From: Candidatus Omnitrophota bacterium
Lineage (GTDB): Bacteria; Ratteibacteria; UBA8468; B48-G9; DTJG01
Assembly (NCBI GenBank): GCA_023818375.1
Contig: JAMWCC010000126.1
Coordinates: forward strand, 2,684-47,071
Direction: 5' to 3'
DNA: 44,388 nt
Positions 29,565-38,640 of this stretch are shown piece after piece. Below the pieces are notes generated by a model that ran no database searches, was not told the DNA's origin, and worked only from the letters and a program-made list of their open reading frames with translations. The translations under genes and the position numbers were made by a program. Each line of letters starts with the position of its first letter. Within the stretch, counting starts at the first letter, position 1.

Positions 29565-30557
29565 ATGATGGAAAAAGCAGAAATTTATCAAAAAATAAAA
29601 CTTAAATGGAAAGATTACAAGAATTTTAATGATGATCTGTTTTTAACACTTACAAAGATAGGTTATCAAAAAGGTTCCGATATAGAACTGCCAGAAGGAA
29701 AATGGCAGCTTTTTTATTTGATGAAAGAAATTCAATCTGCCATATCTTTAAACAAAAAGAATCAAATTATTAATTTTTTCGCAATTTGGATTCCAAACAA
29801 TCAGAATAGAAAGTTCTTAGTTTCCGGAATATCTGAAAATCTTGATAATATAGCTAATGACCTCAAATATATTGCACGCAAAATTCTTACAAATTTTTCA
29901 TCTTCTGAAAGGAAATTTTTTCGTTTCTCAAAAAACCTAACCGTTGAAAACGCACAAGATTATGGATATCTCAGAGGACTGCTGGCAGGCATAATGCTTA
30001 TGATTATTGATATTACCCCATGGCATATAGGAACTTTCAGACCCCAAGGGATACTTGGCACGTTCTTGGAATATACAAGGATCGTTTACTACGGCACTCC
30101 CGGCTTTGCAATTGTGGTAGGAATGGGTGCAATAGGGATTTATTTTACGGTCCTATTTATTCTCATTCCCATAATGACTGGAAACCTCTTCATGTTAAAG
30201 GCGAGAAAAATTGAAAAAAATGTTATTTTTTCAATGCCTGATTCTCTTGCCGATTATGACTTTGGCAAGGATGCTGAAATATCTCTGAATGAACAGTACA
30301 GATCGTTGGTAGAGAACATAAAAAGAGAAGAAATTTACAAAAAGGTTGTTTCCATCTGGAAAGATCTGAAAAAGGAGGACTTTTTCGATCTTTATGACTT
30401 CTTTAGGGGAGGATTGATTGCTGCAGAATCACTTTATGCGATCCTTAAAAGGATAACTGACACGTGTCCCAGTTTTGATCTTAAAGAATGTCTTAAAATA
30501 ATGATTGACGTTTTAAAAAAAGATACAGAAGTGGTATTAAAGGTTTCAGAAGTTTAG
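29565..30557 (+). CDS. Hypothetical membrane protein (2 central TM segments)
   Basis: Long ORF with two hydrophobic stretches. No family recognised. Confidence 0.65.
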   Translation: MMEKAEIYQKIKLKWKDYKNFNDDLFLTLTKIGYQKGSDIELPEGKWQLFYLMKEIQSAISLNKKNQIINFFAIWIPNNQNRKFLVSGISENLDNIANDLKYIARKILTNFSSSERKFFRFSKNLTVENAQDYGYLRGLLAGIMLMIIDITPWHIGTFRPQGILGTFLEYTRIVYYGTPGFAIVVGMGAIGIYFTVLFILIPIMTGNLFMLKARKIEKNVIFSMPDSLADYDFGKDAEISLNEQYRSLVENIKREEIYKKVVSIWKDLKKEDFFDLYDFFRGGLIAAESLYAILKRITDTCPSFDLKECLKIMIDVLKKDTEVVLKVSEV

Positions 30558-30561
30558 TTTA

Positions 30562-31794
30562 ATGAAGAAATTCATGAAGCACATTTTAAGAACCTTGTCC
30601 ATTTTAGCCATCTTGTCCATAACTGTTTATGTTTGTTTTGGTGATACAAATGAAGTCAAACCAATCTATTGTGAAATGTTTCCCGTTCCTTTTATGTTTC
30701 ATAATGGAAGTGGGTATACTGCCATTGAAGTGGGACATGATGGATATATTTATGTTGGTACAGCCAACTATGGATCCAGCGCCCATCTTGTCAGATTTAA
30801 TCCAAAAACTTATGAATGGGAAGATATAATTGATGCGCATAAAGTTACTCGGGAATCAGGAAAAGGATTAGATTCCCAAAGCAAATTTCATGCCAAAATA
30901 CTTGTGGATGGAAAAGGAATTATCTGGGCTGCTACAAAACAAGGAAACGAAAATTTTATAGAAAGACCAGAATTTGGTGAAAATTTAACGGGTTATCCTG
31001 GTGGCCATCTTTTTTCCTTTGATCCGAAAACAAGAATTGTAATTGATCACGGAATCCTGCGTAAGCAAGAGGGAATTATGGGTGGTTCTATTGATAAAAA
31101 AAGGGGAAAGATCTATTATTGGAGTGATCCTAAGCAGCACTTTCTTATTTACGACATCAAAACCGGTCAGTTTCGGGATCTTGGATCCATTGGTGGTTCT
31201 CCAAGATATACTGTAATTGATAAAAAAGGAAATGTTTTTGGCACTGGAAGACCTGGAATTTTATGGATGTACGACCCTGAAGCCGACAGATTATACGACC
31301 TTGCTGTAAGAGTAAAAGGTCCAGGACAATACAAAGATCCATATGCAATGATTATTTCAAAAGATGGAACAAAAATTTTTGCTGTTGCTATTGGTGGAGA
31401 ATATGTAATGGAATTTGAACTTTCAAGTATTTCGTTTCATGACAAAGATCCCGACACAGATGGTTCCATAATTTGTTGGAATGTTGCGAAATCCTACCCA
31501 GAAATAGCTGGAAAACCTGGTGATCAACATGCTGCTGTTTTGGGAAAAGATGGGTGCCTGTATTATCCGAATGTTATAGATAAAATACCGTATCTAATGA
31601 AATATGATCCGAGGAAGAAAAAAACAGAGTGCCTGGGCATTATAAAGATAAAAAACAATCCTGAATTGAATCCTCTTCATGCTCAGGGTGCCTGTACAAC
31701 TGATGATGGAACGATTTATATGAAATTTATTTCAGCAGGCAGACTTATGCCTTATTCAATAGTCAGATTTAACAGATTGAGTGCACCTAAATAA
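30562..31794 (+). CDS. Secreted beta-propeller-like protein
   Basis: Signal peptide plus repeated 'DG.IY.G' and 'F.FDPKT / YDIKT / YDP' blades. Confidence 0.7.
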   Translation: MKKFMKHILRTLSILAILSITVYVCFGDTNEVKPIYCEMFPVPFMFHNGSGYTAIEVGHDGYIYVGTANYGSSAHLVRFNPKTYEWEDIIDAHKVTRESGKGLDSQSKFHAKILVDGKGIIWAATKQGNENFIERPEFGENLTGYPGGHLFSFDPKTRIVIDHGILRKQEGIMGGSIDKKRGKIYYWSDPKQHFLIYDIKTGQFRDLGSIGGSPRYTVIDKKGNVFGTGRPGILWMYDPEADRLYDLAVRVKGPGQYKDPYAMIISKDGTKIFAVAIGGEYVMEFELSSISFHDKDPDTDGSIICWNVAKSYPEIAGKPGDQHAAVLGKDGCLYYPNVIDKIPYLMKYDPRKKKTECLGIIKIKNNPELNPLHAQGACTTDDGTIYMKFISAGRLMPYSIVRFNRLSAPK

Positions 31795-31806
31795 AAGGTT
31801 TGTTCA

Positions 31807-32769
31807 ATGAGGAAAAAGCTATTCTTATTATTTTTTATGATATCCTTCTGCTTTGCAGAAATACCACATGAATTTTCAAATATTTGTTTTTGCATAATAA
31901 ACTTACCATTTCCTCCTTATCAAAGAAATGTCGTCCGTCTGGTAGAATCTGAAGACGGCAAGATTTATGGAATTGTTTCAGAATCCCCTTACGGCGGTGG
32001 TTTTGTTTTTGCCATGGATGAAGGTGAAAAAATTAAGCGAATAAGCAGATTACCCGATGATATACTTCAGATTGACAGTATAGTGTTCAATCCTGAACTA
32101 ACATGGACATGGGACAAAACATACAAAAAAATTCTGGTTGTTGACAACACAGGTGTCCTGAAGGTTTACGAGAAAAATAGTCCAGCAAGGGAAATCTCAA
32201 AAATTTCAGGAACAAGGCCTTTTGAACCACAGGGATACCAGATATCACGTGCATTTGCATTTGACAAGGATGGAAATATTTACACTGCTGGAAAAGATGG
32301 ATTTTTATTTAAATTCGATCCTGAAACCTACAAGATTGAAAAAATGAAAATTCAACTCCCAGCAGTAAAAGGAAGAGAAGCGTGGGCGTCCCTTGATGCT
32401 GCAACGCTTGCTGATGATGGTACCATCTATCTTGGTACCTTTGATGGCTATATTGTACAATTCAATCCAGAGACACAAACCATTGTAAACCTTGGGAAGC
32501 CTCTAAGGCAACAAAGAATTCAAAGTCTTGTCTTCTATAAAGGAGTAGTTTTTGGTATCGGCGGAGAACCGGATGGACTGCCAAGGTGGTTTGTTTACGA
32601 CCCAAAGACGAGAAGTTTTGAACTTGGCGGTACATTGAAGGATAAAAACAATAAACTAATCTATGAACCCATCAACACAATGATTTTAACAAAAAATGGT
32701 CAAATTTTTGGAAGTTTTTTTGGAAGGCTCGGATCTCTTTTTAAAATTGAAATGGTAAAAACAAAATGA
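31807..32769 (+). CDS. Secreted beta-propeller-like protein
   Basis: Signal peptide plus repeats DGKIYG, DGNIYT..FKFDPET, DGTIYLG..FNPET, YDPKT. Confidence 0.7.
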   Translation: MRKKLFLLFFMISFCFAEIPHEFSNICFCIINLPFPPYQRNVVRLVESEDGKIYGIVSESPYGGGFVFAMDEGEKIKRISRLPDDILQIDSIVFNPELTWTWDKTYKKILVVDNTGVLKVYEKNSPAREISKISGTRPFEPQGYQISRAFAFDKDGNIYTAGKDGFLFKFDPETYKIEKMKIQLPAVKGREAWASLDAATLADDGTIYLGTFDGYIVQFNPETQTIVNLGKPLRQQRIQSLVFYKGVVFGIGGEPDGLPRWFVYDPKTRSFELGGTLKDKNNKLIYEPINTMILTKNGQIFGSFFGRLGSLFKIEMVKTK

Positions 32770-34721
32770 AAAAATTGGGGTTTTTAAGTTTATTGTGTGT
32801 TGTTGCCATCGTACTTTACGGAGAAGGGATAAAAACCATTAAGGAAATTGAGTTTTCCGACTTTTTTGATTCCTGGACAACTGATTTTTCTTGCTGTATA
32901 ACTGGAAATCGATTGACACTTAGAAAATCAGTACTGTATCAAGATGAAGAAGGCCGGACACACTACAATAATATTGAAAAGATTGGTCCAGGTATCTATG
33001 CGAAAAAACAATTTTTCATAAAGGATCCCACTTGTAAAAAAGCTGAGCTTTTTGTATTTAGAGGTGCAGGTTTAAAACTGACTTGTAACGGTACTGAAGT
33101 TACAGAATCAAGGGAGCTTTTATCCACTGGATGGCGTGTTTGGGATGTGCCAGTAAAATTACTGAAAAAGGGGTTAAACGAATTTATTTTTACTGGGACT
33201 GGCGTCCTATTAATAGAACCTTCCCTATTTCCTGACCGTTCTGCTAGATCTATTGACGGCGGTATCACCTGGGATTTCAATACCTTAGGGATCAACAATG
33301 GAAATGGTGAATATGTTGTAAGACTGAGGTTGCACAAATATCCCGAAAAAGGTATTGCCATAAGCAGAGTTTATGATTTCATGTCTTTTGTAGACAAAGA
33401 CATTGTTCATGGGAAGTTTATTTGCGCACGAAACTTCAATGTTTTTTGTAAAGGAGAATTTCCGTTCCAGACAGATCTAAGAATCCAATACCGTTGTGGT
33501 GATTCAAAATTTTATAACCCTGAAAATTGGAATTCCTGGACAGACTTAAAAAGGTCAAAAGATATTTGGAAAGTGGATAAATTAATTAGCAAAAGATACA
33601 TACAGTTAAAGCTTATTCTGACAACGAAAAAGTCTGATGTAGCAGCTACGCTTGATGAAATTAAAGTAAGAGCACAAGTTGAGTATTTACCACCAGAAAG
33701 CGAAATAAAAGTTCATCATCACGATAATCATGAAATTATTCAGACGTCTATTCCTTTTGCCTACCAGGAACAAAATCATAGAACTAAGGCTTTGCGCTCG
33801 GTTTATAAACTTGATGATGTCGTCAAAGATGGCAAAACCGAACTTGAAAAGTTTATAAAATTAAGAAACTGGGCTAGGCATACAGCACCCAAGGGATGGG
33901 AATGGGGAGTCAGTATGTGGTGTCCGCCCTGGGATGCACTTGTGATTCTTGCTACAAATAAACAACCATTGGCTCTTTGTATGTGTACCCATTATTCAAC
34001 CATTTTTGTGCAATGTGCTAATTCACTTGGATATGTTGGTCGTCATGTTATCCTTGATCATCATTGTGTTGCTGAAATATGGAGTAACCAGTATGGAAAA
34101 TGGATACTAATGGACACAGGAAATTCTCATAATCCTGAACTGAATTGTCATCTTGAACACAATGGTATCCCCCTCAATGCGCTGGAAATTAGAAATCTAT
34201 GGAAGTTGGGGAAAAGTAATGAAATCAAGTTTGTTTATGCAAATGAATCAAGTGCTACAAAGCAGGAAATAGAAAAATTCGAGTCAACTTATTTCAATAA
34301 CTTCCGTAGATTTGCTATTCCTTTGAGAAATAATTTTCTCGGTAATCCTGAACCAGGAGAACCTGAACAGGGAATGAGTCAATATTATTGTGATTTATAT
34401 TTATGGTATGAAGAGGAACCCGAACCTATTGAATCACCCGAATATGGTAAAACAAGCAATAGAAAAGGTGATTTTTATTGGACATTAAATCAAACATTTA
34501 TTGACCTTGTCAGCCTGGATAAAGGTACGTTAAGCGTTTCACTCTACAATAATGTGCCATCTTTTTCTCACTATCTTGTAAGTTTTAACGATGGACCATG
34601 GCAGAGATTACCTTGGCAGTTTGTATGGAAACTTGAGTCCGGAGTAAATAAACTTACAGTAAAATCGGTAAATTTATTCGGACTTGAATGCCCAACCTCA
34701 ACGGTAATCCTGGAAAGATAA
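32766..34721 (+). CDS. Secreted protein with transglutaminase-like (Cys-His-Asp) domain
   Basis: Signal peptide. 'LCMCTHYSTIFVQCANSLGYVGR....DHHCVAEIWSNQYGKWILMD' fits the transglutaminase-like core. Confidence 0.75.
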   Translation: MKKLGFLSLLCVVAIVLYGEGIKTIKEIEFSDFFDSWTTDFSCCITGNRLTLRKSVLYQDEEGRTHYNNIEKIGPGIYAKKQFFIKDPTCKKAELFVFRGAGLKLTCNGTEVTESRELLSTGWRVWDVPVKLLKKGLNEFIFTGTGVLLIEPSLFPDRSARSIDGGITWDFNTLGINNGNGEYVVRLRLHKYPEKGIAISRVYDFMSFVDKDIVHGKFICARNFNVFCKGEFPFQTDLRIQYRCGDSKFYNPENWNSWTDLKRSKDIWKVDKLISKRYIQLKLILTTKKSDVAATLDEIKVRAQVEYLPPESEIKVHHHDNHEIIQTSIPFAYQEQNHRTKALRSVYKLDDVVKDGKTELEKFIKLRNWARHTAPKGWEWGVSMWCPPWDALVILATNKQPLALCMCTHYSTIFVQCANSLGYVGRHVILDHHCVAEIWSNQYGKWILMDTGNSHNPELNCHLEHNGIPLNALEIRNLWKLGKSNEIKFVYANESSATKQEIEKFESTYFNNFRRFAIPLRNNFLGNPEPGEPEQGMSQYYCDLYLWYEEEPEPIESPEYGKTSNRKGDFYWTLNQTFIDLVSLDKGTLSVSLYNNVPSFSHYLVSFNDGPWQRLPWQFVWKLESGVNKLTVKSVNLFGLECPTSTVILER

Positions 34722-34723
34722 TA

Positions 34724-36649
34724 TCAAGTCTGTTCAAGAAGACAGCATACTTCAAGATGGGATGTATGAGGAAACATATCAATAGGAACAGCCTTTTTCA
34801 ATGTGTATCCATTTTCAATAATTATTGAAAGGTCTCTGGCAAGTGTTGCAGGATTACAGGAAACATATAGAATAAACCTACCTTTGACTTTTAAAAGATT
34901 GAAGATTGCCTTTTTTGAAAGCCCTCCTCTGGGTGGGTCAACTATGATCATATCATATGTTTTTTCCTTAGTATTTTTTTTCAAAAACTCTTCGGCAGAC
35001 AAGCAATAAAATTCACAATTCGTGATGCTATTAACCTTGCAATTTTCGATAGCAGTTTCTATGTTCTTATCATTGTTATCAACCCCTATAATCTGGCGAG
35101 CAATTGGGGATAGTATAATCTCCATAGGACCACTTCCACAGTAAAGTCCGAGAATCCTTTCATGCTTGATTTCTGAAGTCATAGAGAAAATAATGTTGTA
35201 GAGTTTCTCAGCAGCTTTTGTATTTGGTTGAAAAAACGTTTCTGGGTATATTCTGAAATTAAAATTTCTGATAGTTTCTTCAATGAATGGTCTGCCATAG
35301 ATAAGTTGGCTCTTTTGATAGTTTACAACGTCAGAGATTTGGTCGTTTTCTACATGAAAAAAGGATGAAATTTCAGGAAAATGTTGGGCAAGAGAATATG
35401 CTAAATCAGCAATGTTTATTTCTATTCCTGACCTGGTTACTAACAGCAACATAACCTGATTGGTTGTTTTTGACTGCCTGATAACAAGGTGTCTCACATA
35501 ACCCTTTTTTGTGAAGGGATTGTATGGTTCAATATTGTTCTTCTCAACAAATTCGATAAAAAAAGGAAAAATTTTATTCACAATTTCAGAAAAAATTGGA
35601 CAGAAATCTATTTTGTTCACATGTGCTCGATATTTTCTGAAAGGACTTTGCCTTTCTCTCAAACCTAGAACAATTTTTCTTCCATTGACACCAAAAGCAT
35701 ACTCCATTTTATTTCTGTAGTAAAAAGTTTCAGGAGAAGGAATAATCGGTTCCACTGCATCAAGGTTTTTAATCCTCCCTATTCTTTTCAGTGTTTCTAT
35801 AAGATACTTGTGCTTAAAATTTAATTGTTGATCATAATCAAGATTCTGAAGAGTACAACCACCGCAATAACCAAAGTGTGGGCACATAGGTTGAACTCTG
35901 TATGTCGATAATCTTTTCACCCCGCAGTTTTCAGCATATGAAAAATTGTGCAAACTTCTTTTTTCAAGGAACCAAACGATATCACCTGGCACAGCGTTTT
36001 CAACAAACACAGTTTTTCCTTTAAACTTTCCTATTCCGAATGACGTTGGAAATCCTATGTCTACTATTTCAATCGATTGCAACTTCTCAAAATCCAAAAG
36101 CATTTTTTTTATTTTTTCAACTGGTAGTCCTACTACATTATCATAACTACCTTTGATTTCAGCAACAAATTCGTCGCCGATTTCCTGAACAGCATATCCA
36201 CCGGCCTTGTCACAGAACGAGTGTTGATCAAGAAAATTTTTAATCATCTGGTCAGTTAATTCTCTAAACGTCACAAAAGTGATATCATAATCAGAAAGGA
36301 TTTTGTTATCGGATGGATGAAAAAGACAACAGCCAGTGATGACCTTGTGGGTGCTGTTTGAAAGAGTTTTTAGATATTCGAATGCCGTATCGTAACTATC
36401 AGGTTTCCCAAGTATCCTATTTTTTACCACGACCAAAGTATCCGCTGATATTATGAGACAATCTTTCTCTTTTATCTTTTCGGCAACGTTTTTTGCTTTT
36501 AGTTGTGCATTTAAAACAGCCAAATAGACAGGATCGATGCTTTCGTCGAAGATCTCCTCAACGTCAGGCACAATAACTTCGTATTCAGAAAAGATCTTTT
36601 GTATCAAATACCTTCGCCTTTCTGATGCGGATGCGAGAATTATTTTCAT
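34724..36649 (-). CDS. rlmD: Fusion of Maf nucleotide pyrophosphatase and 23S rRNA m5U methyltransferase RlmD
   Basis: N-terminal IILASASERR, SADTLV, LGKP, DKAGGY, NVVGLP (Maf). C-terminal CPHFGYCGGC, YRNK, FFQPN, DPPRGG, YVSCNPATLARD, DMFPHT (RlmD). One continuous frame; start refined to ATG 36649. Confidence 0.9.
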   Translation of the reverse strand: MKIILASASERRRYLIQKIFSEYEVIVPDVEEIFDESIDPVYLAVLNAQLKAKNVAEKIKEKDCLIISADTLVVVKNRILGKPDSYDTAFEYLKTLSNSTHKVITGCCLFHPSDNKILSDYDITFVTFRELTDQMIKNFLDQHSFCDKAGGYAVQEIGDEFVAEIKGSYDNVVGLPVEKIKKMLLDFEKLQSIEIVDIGFPTSFGIGKFKGKTVFVENAVPGDIVWFLEKRSLHNFSYAENCGVKRLSTYRVQPMCPHFGYCGGCTLQNLDYDQQLNFKHKYLIETLKRIGRIKNLDAVEPIIPSPETFYYRNKMEYAFGVNGRKIVLGLRERQSPFRKYRAHVNKIDFCPIFSEIVNKIFPFFIEFVEKNNIEPYNPFTKKGYVRHLVIRQSKTTNQVMLLLVTRSGIEINIADLAYSLAQHFPEISSFFHVENDQISDVVNYQKSQLIYGRPFIEETIRNFNFRIYPETFFQPNTKAAEKLYNIIFSMTSEIKHERILGLYCGSGPMEIILSPIARQIIGVDNNDKNIETAIENCKVNSITNCEFYCLSAEEFLKKNTKEKTYDMIIVDPPRGGLSKKAIFNLLKVKGRFILYVSCNPATLARDLSIIIENGYTLKKAVPIDMFPHTSHLEVCCLLEQT

Positions 36650-36725
36650 TTTCGTGGACTTAATTGACCAGAGAAACAAAAAAATATAGTATAATAATAC
36701 CACAAATATCCAAAAAGGGGGAATA

Positions 36726-37211
36726 ATGGTACTGAAATACCTCAATGAGGATGAGCTTTTTAAGGTTGCCATGAACATCGAACAGCAAGGGATTGAATTT
36801 TATCAGAGTGCTTTTGAATGTGCAGTAATTGAAAAAGCCAGGGATATTTTTGAGTTCTTAAAAAAAGAAGAAAAGCGCCATTATGAGGTTTTCAAAAAAA
36901 TGGACATGGAGATCGAAAGGATAAAATTTAGGCCCGAAGAACTCGATGAAGAAATTTCACTTTATTTAAGAAGCTTAGTAGATTCTGGAATTTTTGAAAA
37001 TCTACTTCCAAAAACTGAATGGAAAAATTTGACTGACAGGCAGGCTTTGAACATAGGGATTCAAGTTGAAAAAACATCAATACTTTTTTATTCAGGAATA
37101 AGTGAGATAACTCTGGAACCTACTTCAAAAAACGCGCTGGATAGAATAATTAAAGAAGAAAAGTCCCATCTTGTTGCATTAACTACATTGTGGAAGGATA
37201 TAGTTGGATAA
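36726..37211 (+). CDS. Ferritin-like / rubrerythrin family protein
   Basis: AMNIEQQGIEFY, EEKRH, QVEKTSILFY, EEKSH (two ExxH motifs). Confidence 0.85.
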   Translation: MVLKYLNEDELFKVAMNIEQQGIEFYQSAFECAVIEKARDIFEFLKKEEKRHYEVFKKMDMEIERIKFRPEELDEEISLYLRSLVDSGIFENLLPKTEWKNLTDRQALNIGIQVEKTSILFYSGISEITLEPTSKNALDRIIKEEKSHLVALTTLWKDIVG

Positions 37212-37443
37212 AATGTTTATTTTGACACAGTTTCCAGAAGAAATAGAAAAAGCATCTGTTTCCTTCTGGTATGTAAAGGAAGGCGATGAAATTCGAAAAG
37301 ATCAACCATTGATTGAGTTTGTTACAGAAAAAACTTCTTTTACATATCAATCGCCGATTACAGGTAAGGTCATTCGGCTTCTGGTTAAAGAAGGCCAAGA
37401 AGTCTCAAACAAACAAGAGATTGCTGAAGTGGAGACAAAGTGA
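37204..37443 (+). CDS. Stand-alone biotin/lipoyl attachment domain protein
   Basis: WYVKEGDEI..DQPLIEFVTEKTSFTYQSPITGKV..LLVKEGQEV, with Lys in the beta-turn. GTG start overlapping the previous stop. Confidence 0.85.
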   Translation: MDKMFILTQFPEEIEKASVSFWYVKEGDEIRKDQPLIEFVTEKTSFTYQSPITGKVIRLLVKEGQEVSNKQEIAEVETK

Positions 37444-38618
37444 TGGAGATTGAATCTTCAAGGATAAGAAATCTTCCTGGATATCTTTTTCAAACTATTA
37501 ACGATAAAAAGCTCAAAGCAAGGCAGGAAGGGAGGGATGTAATAGATCTTGGCATGGGGAACCCGGACATGCCACCTCCTGAACCAGTAATTGAAAAAAT
37601 TTGCGAAACCATTCGCAATCCGAAGGTCCATCGTTACAGTGCTTCAAGGGGAATTCCTCACCTACGAAGGGAAATATGTCTGTGGTACGAAAGAAGATTT
37701 GGGGTAAAACTTGATCCTGAAGAAGAAGCAATTGTAACCATTGGCTCCAAAGAAGGAATTAGTCATCTTGCCCTTGCGATTTTTGAAAAAGGTGATGTAG
37801 TTCTTACCCCAAATCCTACATATCCAAGTCATTTTTACAGTGTTGTTATCGCTGGTGCATCTGTTTATGATGTTCCACTTTTGAAAGAAAACAACTTTCT
37901 TCCTGACCTTAATCAACCAATATATGACAGGTATCCCGCACCAAAAGCAATGATAGTAAGCTATCCCAATAATCCGACTGCCCAGGTTGTTGATGTTGAT
38001 TTTTTTAAGGAACTCGTGAGATTTGCAAAAAAGCACAATATTATTGTTATCCATGACATCGCCTATTCTGAAATTTGTTTTGACGGCTACAGAGCACCGA
38101 GCTTTTTGCAGGTTGATGGTGCAAAGGATATTGGCGTGGAATTTTATTCACTGTCAAAAACCTACAATATGGCAGGATGGCGAGTTGGTTTTATGGTTGG
38201 GAATAAATATATTGTTAAAGCTCTTGCAAAGTTAAAAAGCTATTATGATTATGGAATTTTTACTCCAATTCAAGTTGCAGCGATATGTGCTTTGAGACTT
38301 GAACAAAAATACATCGAAAAAACCGTTGAAGAATACCGAAAGAGAAGAGATGTACTGGTTAGTGGTCTTAACAGAATAGGCTGGAATGTTGAAAAACCAA
38401 AAGCAACAATGTATGTATGGGCACAGATACCTGATAAATTCAGACACATGGGTTCTCTTGATTTTTCTCTTTTCTTACTTGAAAAATGTGACCTTGTGGT
38501 CTCTCCGGGATTAGGTTTCGGTAAGTATGGCGAGGGTTTTGTTAGGATTGCCCTTGTCGAGAATGAACACCGGATACGTCAGGCAATAAGGTCTCTGAGA
38601 AAAATCTTTTCCAGATAG
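37443..38618 (+). CDS. Class I/II PLP aminotransferase (AlaC/DapL-like)
   Basis: DLGMGNPD, YSASRGI, GSKEG, PNNPT, HDIAY, SLSKTYNMAGWRVG, RIALVENEHRIRQA (most like AlaC). Confidence 0.88.
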   Translation: MEIESSRIRNLPGYLFQTINDKKLKARQEGRDVIDLGMGNPDMPPPEPVIEKICETIRNPKVHRYSASRGIPHLRREICLWYERRFGVKLDPEEEAIVTIGSKEGISHLALAIFEKGDVVLTPNPTYPSHFYSVVIAGASVYDVPLLKENNFLPDLNQPIYDRYPAPKAMIVSYPNNPTAQVVDVDFFKELVRFAKKHNIIVIHDIAYSEICFDGYRAPSFLQVDGAKDIGVEFYSLSKTYNMAGWRVGFMVGNKYIVKALAKLKSYYDYGIFTPIQVAAICALRLEQKYIEKTVEEYRKRRDVLVSGLNRIGWNVEKPKATMYVWAQIPDKFRHMGSLDFSLFLLEKCDLVVSPGLGFGKYGEGFVRIALVENEHRIRQAIRSLRKIFSR

Positions 38619-38640
38619 TGTTTAATTCCGAGTTAACAGG

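Noticed and set aside
36650-36778. Hydrophobic N-terminal extension on Maf-RlmD suggesting a membrane anchor
   Set aside because: It overlaps the divergent ferritin-like gene and its AT-rich promoter region. Maf homology begins at MKIILAS.
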